A stretch of DNA of 64,000 bases from an uncultured Anaerolineales bacterium. GTDB lineage: Bacteria; Chloroflexota; Anaerolineae; B4-G1; SLSP01. This document shows positions 34,154-44,300 of the stretch, piece by piece. The stretch covers positions 22,320-86,319 of the forward strand of contig CAZDSF010000001.1 of the NCBI GenBank assembly GCA_964508025.1, given 5' to 3'. The number at the start of each line of letters is the position of its first letter. Position 1 is the stretch's first letter. The notes beneath the pieces are model-generated. The model had not been told where the DNA came from, ran no database searches, and saw nothing but the letters and a program-made list of their open reading frames with translations. The position numbers were made by a program, and so were the translations under genes.

Positions 34154-34879
34154 ATGGCGCTTCAAGGTACATTGGGCGATTTGAGCATCCCGGATTTGAT
34201 CCAGCTGCACTGTCAGTCTGGCAGCGTGGCGCGGTTGCTGGTGCGTGGGTTGCAAGGGGAACAAAGCGACCTGTATTTCGCGGGCGGCGAGATCGTCCAC
34301 GCTGCCTGCGGTGATCTGCAAGGCGCTGAGGCGGTTTACGAATTGCTCACCTGGGAAGAGGGCAGCTTCGAGGTGGAGCAAAATGCAGCCGCACCTGCGC
34401 GCACGGTGCAAATTCCCTGGTCAGCCCTGTTAATGGAGGGTCTGCGTCGTGCGGATGAGCGACGGCAGGCCAAAGTTATCTCAGCAGAAAAGGAGCATAA
34501 GATGTCAGGAGAGACCCGTCGTGAACGTTTGGCTAATATCCTCAGCCAGCTGGTAGAAACCTCTGGTGATGTCCGAGGCGCGGCCATTGTGGGCCGCGAC
34601 GGTTTGATTATCGCCGCGCATCTCCCGGCCAAGATGGAGCAGACCCGCGTGGGTGCGGTGGCGGCTGCGCTGCTCAGCCTTTCGGGGCGCTCGGTGGGGC
34701 AGCTGGAGCGCGGCGACTTCCAGCAGACGCTCATCCAGGGTACGGATGGTAACATCGTTATCACCGATGCCGGCAAGAACGCTGTCTTTGTCGCCCTCAC
34801 CGGCAAGGATGTGAATCTGGGCATGGTCTTCCTGGAAGTGCGCGAATCAGCCGCTGCCATTGCCGAAATCCTGGGTTGA
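34154..34879 (+). CDS. DUF4388-like N-terminal domain fused to Roadblock/LC7 domain
   Basis: GDLSIPDLIQLHCQSGSVARLLV...GEIVHA...AVYELLTWEEGSFE (DUF4388-type) then ...AAIVGRDGLIIAAHLP... Roadblock-like. Confidence 0.55.
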   Translation: MALQGTLGDLSIPDLIQLHCQSGSVARLLVRGLQGEQSDLYFAGGEIVHAACGDLQGAEAVYELLTWEEGSFEVEQNAAAPARTVQIPWSALLMEGLRRADERRQAKVISAEKEHKMSGETRRERLANILSQLVETSGDVRGAAIVGRDGLIIAAHLPAKMEQTRVGAVAAALLSLSGRSVGQLERGDFQQTLIQGTDGNIVITDAGKNAVFVALTGKDVNLGMVFLEVRESAAAIAEILG

Positions 34880-34892
34880 AAGGGGACGCCTC

Positions 34893-35435
34893 ATGGCAAA
34901 GGTTATGGATGAAATCAAACGGGTAAGTGAGCTCAGCGACGCAGACCGCGCGCTTCTGGCTGAGATGCGCACCGTGGTCGAAAACCAATCGCCAAAAATT
35001 GTGGCGCTGTTTTATGAGCATTTGCAGCGTTTCGACCACCTCAGCGTATTGCTCAACGCCGAACCGGGCCGGGTCGAACGGCTCAAGGGGCATTTGCAGC
35101 AGTGGCTCATCACATTGACCGAGGGCGATTATGGTGATGTCTACTACGAGCGCCGCTATCGGATCGGCAAACGGCACGTTGAGGTGGGGTTGGAACCGCG
35201 CTATGTGATGGCGGCGATGGCCTTCTGTCGCGCCCATGCTGCCCGGCTCATCGTCGAGGAAGCGTATGCCGCCGACCCACACAAAGACGCCCGCGCGCGC
35301 GCTCTCAACCGGGTGATGGATATTGATCTCAACATCATGCTGCAATCCTACGACGACCACCGCATCGCCCAATTCCTGGAAGTCACCGGCTTCAGCCGCG
35401 AGTTGTTCGATAATTTGATGTCAGGACTAGGGTAG
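34893..35435 (+). CDS. sensor globin (protoglobin / globin-coupled-sensor type globin domain, stand-alone)
   Basis: ...RIGKRHVEVGLEPRYVMAAMAF... matches proximal-His region of GCS globins; 180 aa. Confidence 0.55.
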   Translation: MAKVMDEIKRVSELSDADRALLAEMRTVVENQSPKIVALFYEHLQRFDHLSVLLNAEPGRVERLKGHLQQWLITLTEGDYGDVYYERRYRIGKRHVEVGLEPRYVMAAMAFCRAHAARLIVEEAYAADPHKDARARALNRVMDIDLNIMLQSYDDHRIAQFLEVTGFSRELFDNLMSGLG

Positions 35436-35521
35436 TGTTGCTGGCTGCTGGATTGCAATCATTGCAATTTTCTGCATGGGTTTTGCGGTGAGATTTGCTG
35501 ATTTGCAGTTTTTACGGGAGT

Positions 35522-36283
35522 ATGAATATGCCAACACAAGTTTTGTTCGAGAATGCCGAACACAAAAATATCCTATTGGAAGATTTCACGTCCGGGCAGA
35601 TGGTGCAGGCGAATCAGCACATCATCATCCACAAGGGCAAGGGGATGTTGCTCGATCCGGGCGGGCACAAGGTCTACTCCGAAGCGCTGGACGAGCTCTC
35701 CACCGTGTTGCCGTTGGGCGCGCTACAATATATTCTCTTCTCGCACCAAGACCCGGACATCATCGCGGCAGCCAATGGCTGGTTGATGGTGACGAATGCG
35801 ATGGGGTTCTTGCCGCAACTGTGGATCCGCTTCATCACCCATTTTGGGGTGGATGAGCTGGTAATGGACAACATTACGCCCATCCCTGACGCTGGGCTGG
35901 TCATCAACCTGGAAGGTGCGAAGTTGCCCCTGCTGCCCGCGCACTTCATGCACTCGGCGGGCAACTTTCAGCTCTACGATCCCATCGCCAAAATCCTCTA
36001 CACCGGCGACCTGGGCGCTTCGCTGGGGCAGACTTATATCACCGTGACCAATTTCGATGACCACATTCAGTACATGGAAGGCTTCCATCGCCGCTACATT
36101 GCCTCCAACCGGGTGCTCAAACTCTGGGCGCAGATGGTGGCCCCGCTGGATATCGAAATCATTGCCCCGCAACACGGCGCGATGATTGTGGGCAAAGAGA
36201 ACGTCCAGCGCTTCATCCAGTGGGTGCAAGGGTTGGAGTGCGGCATGGATTTGCTGCAAAGTGCTTACAAACTGCCCAAGTAA
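35522..36283 (+). CDS. MBL-fold protein related to flavodiiron N-domain / oxygen-binding di-iron protein (ODP-like)
   Basis: ...ILFSHQDPDII... metal-binding motif, additional His (HFMHSAG); ~55% GC vs ~64% flanks. Confidence 0.5.
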   Translation: MNMPTQVLFENAEHKNILLEDFTSGQMVQANQHIIIHKGKGMLLDPGGHKVYSEALDELSTVLPLGALQYILFSHQDPDIIAAANGWLMVTNAMGFLPQLWIRFITHFGVDELVMDNITPIPDAGLVINLEGAKLPLLPAHFMHSAGNFQLYDPIAKILYTGDLGASLGQTYITVTNFDDHIQYMEGFHRRYIASNRVLKLWAQMVAPLDIEIIAPQHGAMIVGKENVQRFIQWVQGLECGMDLLQSAYKLPK

Positions 36284-36296
36284 ATATCGTCGTGAG

Positions 36297-36333
36297 ACCT
36301 GACAGGTTTTCTGAAACCTGTCAGGTCTGAGAT
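36297..36333 (+). terminator. perfect hairpin after ODP-like gene
   Basis: agacctgacaggtttt ctg aaacctgtcaggtct. Confidence 0.5.
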
Positions 36334-36346
36334 AAAGTAGGAGACT

Positions 36347-37345
36347 ATGACAGAGCAGGCGCGTATTCTGGTGGTAGATGATGATGACCTCGCGCGGATG
36401 GGGGTGCAACGTGTTCTGAGCCGCGAGGGGTATGCTGTGATGGAAGCTGCAAGCGCCGAGCAAGCATTGGAGTGCTTGCGCCAGCAGCGCTTCGAGCTGG
36501 TGATCACGGATTTGCAGATGCCGGGCATGGATGGCTTCGAGCTGTTGCAGGCGCTCAAGCAGCGCGGTTCGCAGCTGCCGGTGCTGATGTTGACCGGGCA
36601 CGGCTCGATGGAGACAGTCCTGCAAGCGTTGCGGCACGGCGTCAATGATTTCCTTACCAAACCGTATCAGCCGGAGGAGTTGCTCACAATTGTGGCGCGC
36701 GAGGTGGCGCGTTACCGGCAGAGTCTTCCCCCTGGTGTGGAGACGACGTTGGGCTTGCATCTACCCGCCGCCGATCTGGAGCGCCTCGATCAGCTGTTGG
36801 CTGAGCTGCGCGCCGAGATCAGCGCCCGGTGCGTGCTGCTGGTTGAGGGCAATGGCTCGGTCATCGCCAGCAAGGGCGCGCTGCAAGAGATCAACGTGGG
36901 CGCGCTGGCGGCGCTGGTCGCCGGTGATTTTGCCGCCACCGCCGGGATCGCCTCCCTCATCGGCGAGAGCGATGCTTTCAAGCTGAACTATCACGAAGGC
37001 GAGACTTACAGCGTCTACTCCGCTCAGATCATCCCCAGCGTGTTTATGCTCATCATCTTCAGTCAGGATATCAAACTGGGGGCGGTGATGTACTATGCCC
37101 GGCACGTCTTGGAGAATGCGCAAGCCATCCTCAAGCGCGTTGCCATAGCCATGCCTGCGCGCCCCGCAAACGTTGCGCCAGCCTCCGCGCCGCCGGAGGA
37201 AGCTCCCGCCGCCGCATCGTCCGCGCCGGAGTCGGAGGATTCAGAGCTGTTTTCGCTGGATCAAATGCTCTCCAGCGGGCTGCTCGATCCCGATCTGCTC
37301 GACAACCTGGATGCGCAATTCAAGAAACTGTGGGGGAATGGCTAA
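36347..37345 (+). CDS. response regulator receiver fused to Roadblock/LC7-like domain
   Basis: ILVVDDDDLARMG...ITDLQMPGMDG...LTKPY (REC, phospho-Asp region) then ...VLLVEGNGSVIASKG... Roadblock-like; Pro/Ala-rich tail. Confidence 0.65.
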   Translation: MTEQARILVVDDDDLARMGVQRVLSREGYAVMEAASAEQALECLRQQRFELVITDLQMPGMDGFELLQALKQRGSQLPVLMLTGHGSMETVLQALRHGVNDFLTKPYQPEELLTIVAREVARYRQSLPPGVETTLGLHLPAADLERLDQLLAELRAEISARCVLLVEGNGSVIASKGALQEINVGALAALVAGDFAATAGIASLIGESDAFKLNYHEGETYSVYSAQIIPSVFMLIIFSQDIKLGAVMYYARHVLENAQAILKRVAIAMPARPANVAPASAPPEEAPAAASSAPESEDSELFSLDQMLSSGLLDPDLLDNLDAQFKKLWGNG

Positions 37346-37515
37346 CAGCGCTGGTTTGGCAGCATCAAGCGCGCGCACTTTCTCACAAGTGCGCGCGTTG
37401 TGTTTTGTCCACCGTTTCCTTGTACTCAAGTACAAGCCATAATTCGTTCATCCGCCTGATGACACAAATCGAAACCTCGATTACAATCAAGGTATTCCAG
37501 AACAGGGAGCGCATC

Positions 37516-39150
37516 ATGCCGAATTTGAACCGTCCTATCAGAATGCGGGTGCAATACAAGCTGACGCTGACTTATGTGTTGTTGGGGTTGGCAACGTTGC
37601 TGATTGCGCTGTGGCGCCCCTGGGTCGCGGTGGTCGGTCTGCTGGCGTTAAGCGCGCTACTTGGCTGGATGGGTGCGCGGCGCTTGCGGCGGGTGCTGGA
37701 GATCACCCAGGCCTGGTTGCGGGGCCATCTGGCGCTGCGCATTGCCGATCCCGTGACCGATGATTTTGGGATGCTGACGGCGCAGTTGGATGTGCTGGCA
37801 GCGCATCTCAAAGAGGATGAAGAGGATCTGGAAGCGTTGCGCGAGCACAATGCCCGGCTCACGGATCAGGTGCGCGCGCTGGCGGTGGTCGAGGAGCGTA
37901 ATCGCCTGGCGCGGGAGCTGCACGATAGCGTGAAGCAGCATCTCTTCAGCCTGACGATGACGGCAAGCGCTATTCGGGCGCGGTGCTCGGCGCAGGTGTT
38001 GCCAGAGGATGTCCGGGAGATGCTGGAAGAAGTTGAACGGGCAGCCCAGGCGGCGCAGCGCGAGACGACGCGCTTGATCGAGGATCTGCGTCCCGGTTCG
38101 TTGAAGGAAATGGGCTTGATTCGCGCGGTGAATGACTACAGCTTGCTGTTGGGCGCGCAGGAGCATCTACTGATCTATGTGGATGTGGGTGGTTCGGATC
38201 AGCACATCCCGCTGCCGGTGACGGAGGCGCTCTATCGTGTGGTGCAGGAGGCGTTGCACAATGTCGTGCGGCACGCGCACGCTACGCGGGTGGATATTAT
38301 GCTGCACTGTCTGCCTGCTTCGGTGACGTTGCGCATCAGCGATAATGGCGTGGGCTTCGATACGAGCGCACCGCATAGCGGGTTGGGTTTCACGAATATG
38401 ACCGAGCGCCTGATGGGGGTGGGGGGCAAACTGACGGTTGAAAGCCGGCTGGGTCGCGGCACAACTGTAAATGCCGAGGTCAATTTGCCGGGGCGGCGGA
38501 GTGTGCTCCTGGCCGGCGCGGACGCGCAGCCCTATCGGCCTGATGTGAGCGTGGAGAACTGGGCCTGGTTGGGGCAGCGGTTGGTCATTCCGGTGGGGCA
38601 GACCTGGCCCTGGTTGCCGACTGAGCAGCGCAATCTGCGGCGTCCGTTGGCTGATCCCATTGATGGGCCTTTCATCATTCGCAAAAGCCGCAGTGTGTTG
38701 GGTTTACGGATGGCTTGTCAGTTGCGGGCAGCCGGATCTGGCGTGGCGTTGGTGGAGATTCACACCACGGCTAACGGCTATAGTTGGGACATTGAGGGGG
38801 CATCCTGGGAATTGCGGCGAGTGCGCGGGCAGCGGGGACGCATGTTGCTGCTGCGCAAGCGCCAACCGTTGGCGGCATTGCAGTATCAGGGCCGTCAAAT
38901 CCGCAGCTGGACCGAGATTAATTTCGACGATCATGGCTATAGCCTGGCGCCGGGACGCGAAGGCGCCGGGACGTGGACTGTGCTTGATGAAAGCGGCGCG
39001 GCGCTGATGATGTTATCCTGGTCAGGCGATACGTTGTCCATTGCGTTGCAACATGCGGCGCCGCTGCCGTTGCTGACGCTGATTGCAGCGCGGGTGTTGG
39101 ATGAGCAATTGTTGTTCGTGGCTTTGGAATCTGCCGGCAAGGACGGTTGA
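37516..39150 (+). CDS. NarX/LiaS-type sensor histidine kinase (HisKA_3 + HATPase) with ~220-aa uncharacterised C-terminal extension
   Basis: two N-terminal TM segments, H-box RNRLARELHDSVKQHL, ...SDNGVGFD..GLGFTNMTERL; extra domain after HATPase. Confidence 0.7.
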   Translation: MPNLNRPIRMRVQYKLTLTYVLLGLATLLIALWRPWVAVVGLLALSALLGWMGARRLRRVLEITQAWLRGHLALRIADPVTDDFGMLTAQLDVLAAHLKEDEEDLEALREHNARLTDQVRALAVVEERNRLARELHDSVKQHLFSLTMTASAIRARCSAQVLPEDVREMLEEVERAAQAAQRETTRLIEDLRPGSLKEMGLIRAVNDYSLLLGAQEHLLIYVDVGGSDQHIPLPVTEALYRVVQEALHNVVRHAHATRVDIMLHCLPASVTLRISDNGVGFDTSAPHSGLGFTNMTERLMGVGGKLTVESRLGRGTTVNAEVNLPGRRSVLLAGADAQPYRPDVSVENWAWLGQRLVIPVGQTWPWLPTEQRNLRRPLADPIDGPFIIRKSRSVLGLRMACQLRAAGSGVALVEIHTTANGYSWDIEGASWELRRVRGQRGRMLLLRKRQPLAALQYQGRQIRSWTEINFDDHGYSLAPGREGAGTWTVLDESGAALMMLSWSGDTLSIALQHAAPLPLLTLIAARVLDEQLLFVALESAGKDG

Positions 39151-39201
39151 TCGGTTGCTGTTCATTGTTTGCATGTAGAAAGCATCAGAAAGGAGTGCGC
39201 T

Positions 39202-40062
39202 ATGAGACACATTATCGGGTTTTTGTACACGCTGAAGCCTTATGAGCGAGGTATTCAGGAGACCTTCGGCAAGTACGCGCGTTTTGTCTTGCCGGGATTG
39301 GGCTTTCAGATTCCCATGCTCCAGGTCATTCGGGTGCGGGATATTCGGGAGCACACGATGGATATTCCGCCCCAGCCAGTGATTACCAAGGACAATGTCG
39401 AAATTCGGGTGGATGGCGTGATGTGGGTGCGGCCCAAGGCAGATGAGGAGTCCATCAAGCGCACTTTCTACAACATTGACAATTGGAAGCGCGCGGTTGT
39501 GCAGCTGGCAATGACGAATTTGCGTCAGGAATTTGGCGATTTGACGCTCGATGAGAGCCTGGTCGCGCGGGAGAAGATTGCCAATAATCTGCAAGCAGTG
39601 CTCAACAAGTTCGCCGATGATTGGGGCCTGATCGTCAGCAAGGTTGAGATTATGCTGATTGACCCGCCTGAAGACATCAAGCGCGCCATGCATAAGCAGA
39701 AGACCGCAGAACAGGAGCGGCGTGCGATGCGCCTGTTAGCGACGGGCGAGTTCGAGGCGGCAGAGCAGCAGAAGCTGGCGACCATCCAGCGCGCGGAAGG
39801 CGAGCGCGAGGCGGCGATTCGCAAGGCCGAAGGTGAGCGTGAAGCGTCCATCAAGGTGGCGGAGGGGCGCGCCGAGGCGATTCGGCTGGTGAACGAGGCC
39901 GCGGAGAAGTATTTCCAGGGTAACGCGCAATTGCTGCGCCAGCTGGAAATGACGGAGACTGCGCTACGCGACAACGCGAAAGTGGTCGTCACGCAAGATG
40001 GCATCAGCCCCACACTGTTGTTGGGCGAGCTGCCGCTCAGCATGAAGCGACGGGAGTCGTAG
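39202..40062 (+). CDS. SPFH/band-7 (stomatin/prohibitin-like) protein
   Basis: ...QETFGKYARFVLPGLGFQIPMLQ...ITKDNVEIRVDGV...EAAIRKAEGEREA... typical of SPFH family. Confidence 0.8.
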   Translation: MRHIIGFLYTLKPYERGIQETFGKYARFVLPGLGFQIPMLQVIRVRDIREHTMDIPPQPVITKDNVEIRVDGVMWVRPKADEESIKRTFYNIDNWKRAVVQLAMTNLRQEFGDLTLDESLVAREKIANNLQAVLNKFADDWGLIVSKVEIMLIDPPEDIKRAMHKQKTAEQERRAMRLLATGEFEAAEQQKLATIQRAEGEREAAIRKAEGEREASIKVAEGRAEAIRLVNEAAEKYFQGNAQLLRQLEMTETALRDNAKVVVTQDGISPTLLLGELPLSMKRRES

Positions 40063-40129
40063 TCGAACCGGTCAGCGGGCGGCGTGATAGCGCAGCATTA
40101 TGCTGGTGGGTGCCTTTATGGGCGGGGGT

Positions 40130-40185
40130 GAGTAGTTCGTAGTGAGCAGTGGCTTTTGATAACGGCTCTCTACTCACTACGAACT
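40130..40185. repeat. GTGAGCAG-family inverted repeat
   Basis: gagtagttcgtagtgagcag...ctctctactcactacgaact. Confidence 0.5.
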
Positions 40186-40213
40186 GATTTGTGTTTTTTA
40201 TATGGAGCTAGCC

Positions 40214-40561
40214 ATGACAGATATGGAGCGTCCGTCTTACTATTATGACGAGGAAGAACAGCCGCGCCGGAGATCGGGCGGGGGCGCCGGGGGCTTTTTC
40301 TTGGGGCTGGTGCTGGGCCTGGGACTCGGTTTTTGGGGCGGGCGCAGCCTGCCAACCGATTTCTTTGGTCCAGGCTTCGAGTGGGCTTTGGCCGCCATTG
40401 TGCCGTTGGTGATGTTGATCGCGATTATGGGACGTTTCCGCCAGCGCGTCGAGTTTCGATCGTTGCCGGAAGAGCGGGCGCGGGGGTTGCTGCTCGTCAT
40501 GTTGGGGTTGATCCTGGCGACCGGGATCGCCGTGGCGATGTTGGCGACGCTGAGCCGGTGA
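40214..40561 (+). CDS. small membrane protein, Gly-rich
   Basis: 115 aa, GGAG RBS, three predicted TM helices. Confidence 0.4.
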   Translation: MTDMERPSYYYDEEEQPRRRSGGGAGGFFLGLVLGLGLGFWGGRSLPTDFFGPGFEWALAAIVPLVMLIAIMGRFRQRVEFRSLPEERARGLLLVMLGLILATGIAVAMLATLSR

Positions 40562-40568
40562 GGTGGAG

Positions 40569-41264
40569 ATGACGGAAAGAGCCGCCGATGTTGACAGCAT
40601 CACCGTCTTCATTGTGGATGATCACGATGTGGTGCGCAAGGGATTGCGCTTCTATCTGAGCGCCCAACCGGATGTGGTCATTGTGGGTGAGGCGGGCGAT
40701 GTGCTGAATGCGGTCAATGGCGCGGCGCAACAGATTCCTGATGTGGTGCTCATGGATCTGGTGTTGCCGTTACAACCGGGGCGCGAGCCTTCGGATCAAG
40801 GCGGCGTCCAGGCGACGCGCCGCATCCGTGAGATCAGCCCGCACACGCAAGTGGTGGTGCTCACCAGCTACGTGCAAGATGAGTTGATCTTCTCGGCGAT
40901 CAAGGCGGGGGCGCTTTCGTATTTGCTCAAGGATGCCGATGCCGAAACGGTGCTGCGCGCCATCCGCGCGGCAGCGCAGGGCGAAGCCACGCTCCATCCG
41001 CGCATTGCTCGCCGCTTGATGGCTGAGGTCTCCGCGCCAGCGCAGGCGCGCAATCCTGCTGCCGGACTCACCCCCCGCGAGCTGGAAGTGTTGCAGCTCA
41101 TCGCGCAGGGGCAGTCTAATCTCGAAATTGCCGAGACATTGGTGGTGACGGAGCGCACCGTCAAGGCGCACGTCAGCAATTTGCTGAACAAGTTGCACCT
41201 TTCGGATCGCACGCAGGCAGCGATCTATGCCTGGCGCGAGGGGTTGATCGAAGAAAAACCGTGA
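40569..41264 (+). CDS. NarL/LuxR-family response regulator
   Basis: REC (VFIVDDHDVVRKG...MDLVLP) + LuxR HTH (LTPRELEVLQLIAQGQSNLEIAETLVVTERTVKAHVSNLL). Confidence 0.85.
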   Translation: MTERAADVDSITVFIVDDHDVVRKGLRFYLSAQPDVVIVGEAGDVLNAVNGAAQQIPDVVLMDLVLPLQPGREPSDQGGVQATRRIREISPHTQVVVLTSYVQDELIFSAIKAGALSYLLKDADAETVLRAIRAAAQGEATLHPRIARRLMAEVSAPAQARNPAAGLTPRELEVLQLIAQGQSNLEIAETLVVTERTVKAHVSNLLNKLHLSDRTQAAIYAWREGLIEEKP

Positions 41265-41317
41265 CGGCGTAGCTTTCTAGCCCCCGCCGGGATTGGTTTT
41301 GGGATAGCTGCGAAGTC

Positions 41318-44300
41318 TTAAGGTTGTTGCAGCGTATGCAGCAGCGGTAGGAAAAGGGTAAACGTTGAGCCTTCCTTGACTGTGCTTTCGATTTCTATCC
41401 ATCCGCCGTGCATTTCCACAATCTCTTTGACGATAGCCAGCCCCAAGCCGGTCCCCGATTTCTGCATCAGTTGCGGTACCTTGCCACGGAAAAAGCGTTC
41501 GAAGATGTGCGGTAGTTCGTCTTCGGGGATGCCGATGCCGTTGTCCTGGATGGTCACAGCGGCCCAGCGGCGTTGCGCTACTTCGACCTGGTTGATGGCA
41601 ACGGCGACTTCTCCATCTGTTAGCGTGTACAGAAGTCCATTTTCCACCAGATTGTTGAGCACTACCACCAATTGTTTGGGGTCGGCCAGGATTTGCATGT
41701 CTTGGGCCGGGGGCGAATATCGCAGCTGCACCCCAATTGCACGTCCGATGGCTTGATGATTACCAATTACCAGCTCTACCAGTTCATCCAGGCGTGTAGG
41801 CTCAAGGCGCAATTCCACTCGTCCGGCGTCAATATGCGCGAGTTGGAGAATCTTCTCTACCAGTTGCGCCAAATGCTCCACGGCCTGCATCAGCATCTCG
41901 GCATAGCGGGGCGCTTTATCAGGCTGCTTGAGCATCAGTTCGGTGTAGAGTTTCATTGTGGTAACGGGTGTGCGCAGCTCTTGAGAGACGTTGGCGACAA
42001 AGCCGGATTTCATACGCTCCAGGGCTTTGATCTGGCTGATATCGTGGATTGTCACCACGGTTGAGGGTTGCTGCGCTTTGGCCCCCGAAATGGGCGCCGC
42101 GTTGAGTTGGAGATCTATTCCGGCAAGGCTCAACACGATATGCGGGGCGGCCTCTGTGGAGGTGACAAGCCGCTGGATGGCGGTATGCAAGTGGGCCGCA
42201 TCTTCGGGCGATAGCGTGCGCGTGAGCAGGTCTTGCGCTACGGGATTGGCCTGGAGAATCTGTCCGTGCGCGTCGGCGACGATGATGCCATCGGAAGCGC
42301 CATTCAGAATGGCATCAAGGCGGGCGAGCTGCGCCTGAATCTGCGCCGTGCGTTTCTGCACCCGGCGTTCCAGCTCGCTCGCGTAGTCTTGCAATTCGCG
42401 GTACAGCCGGGCGTTTTCGATGGCGCTGGCGGCGTAAGGCGCGAAAAGCGCCAGCCGGCGCGCATCATCCGCGCTGAAGCGGTTGGGGGTTATGGCATCT
42501 ACATTGAGAAAACCTAGCATTCTTTCTCCCATCCGCACAGGCGCGCCTACGTAGGAACGCAGCCACACGGTATTAGGGTCTTCTGGAGGAATCCAGTTGG
42601 CTTCTATCAGCGTGTCGGCGATGATGACAGGTGCACCGGTCTCAACCATTCGCCGCAGGGTGAAAGTCCGCTCGATGGACATTGGGCTTTGTTTTGGGGC
42701 GCGGGAGGCTGGAATCTGCTCGTAGCCCCGGTGGCGCACGGGACGCGCATAGTCCCTTTCGATCAGCATGATGTTACATGCATCCCCATTCATAATACGC
42801 TGAATCTGTTCCAGGATCCGATCCAGGACTTCGTTGTGATCCAACGTGCCTGTGACCGCCGCCGCAGCCTGCGCCAGAGCTTCCGCTAACTCTCGCTGTT
42901 CGCGCTCGGCCTCGAAGAGCTGGCTGTTGGCGACAGCGATAGCGGCCTGGGCGGCGAAGGCTTCTGCCAGGCGCGCATGTTCCTGGGTGTAGAACCCAGT
43001 TTCGTGCTTATCGAGTGCGATCATCCCGATAGGTTCATTCCCGATGAGCAGCGGCGCGCCTAGCCAGGAGTGGATGTTGGCGGGAGCATGAGGCTCTTCC
43101 TGGAAATTGTCGTACACCGTCGGCGCATCCTCGACAATGAAAGTAGCTCGCGTGCGCATCACCTCGCAGTTGGGATTATCGTTGGCGTTCAGGTCGAAGG
43201 TCAGCCCCAGCAGTTCCTCCAGATTGGGAAAGCCATGCCCGCCGATGATCTCCAGGTGATGCCCTTTCAGCAGTTGCACCGATGCGCTATCGTAGGGTAC
43301 CACTTTGCGAAGTTCCGTGAGGATTTGTTTGATGACCTGGTCGCGATCTACGGTGGTGATCATCGAAAGGGCCGCGGTGCGCAGCGTTTCTGCTTCCTGG
43401 CGGCGTTGTTGTTCTGCTTCCAGTAGCCGTGCATTTTCCACTGTGACGCCGATCTGATCGGCGAGCACTTCCAGGATGAACAGGTCGTCCTCATTGAAGG
43501 CATTCAATTCGGCGCTTTGCACATCCAATACCCCGATGATCTGCCCCTTGATTTTGATGGGGACCGCGAGCTCGGAGCGGGTGGCAGTCAATTCCTCCAG
43601 TTGCCAGTAACGCGCTTCCTGGGTCACATCATTCACCAGCAGGGGTTGCCCATGCGCCGCGACCCAACCGCAAATCCCCTGGGTTCCTACTTGCAACTCG
43701 ATGGTGCGCGTGGATTCCACTGCAAAACCGGATTTGGCTCTGAGGCTGAGTTTTGTCTGAGTGGCATCCATGAGCAGGATCACTACATAGGCGTATTTGA
43801 ACGTCATGCGAATCAGATCAGCAATCCGTTCCAGCAATGGTTCTGGTTCGAGCAAGGAGCTGACCTGTTGGCTTACTTGCCACACCAGCAGCAGTTGTTT
43901 GGCGCGTCGTTCCAACGCCTCCTGTACGCGGCGGCGTTCGACGAGCTCCATTTGCGCTTTTTGGTAAAGCCGGGCGTTCTGGATGGCGATGGCGGCTTGA
44001 TCGGCCAAGGCTTTGAGGTGTTCGAGATCGGCATTCTGGAAAGCTCCCACTTCAGGGCTTTGCAAATCCAGATTCCCCAGCACGTGGGATTCATGGATGA
44101 TGGGCAAAACCAGCTCGGCCCGCGTATTGGGCACAAATTCCCAGTATCGCGGATCCTCGCGCACATCATCCACGACGACGATGCATTGGTGTTCATAGGC
44201 GTAGCCGTTGAGTCCCTTGCCGAGGACGACGTTGTTGTTTAACGCGAAAGCGGTTTCTTCCGGACTGAATCCCAGGAGCGTGTTGATCTGCAGACAGTTT

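Noticed and set aside
35522-36283. Horizontally acquired island for the ODP-like gene based on lower GC
   Set aside because: GC drop is modest (~55-57%) and the gene is embedded in a coherent operon with overlapping neighbours; insufficient evidence of recent transfer.
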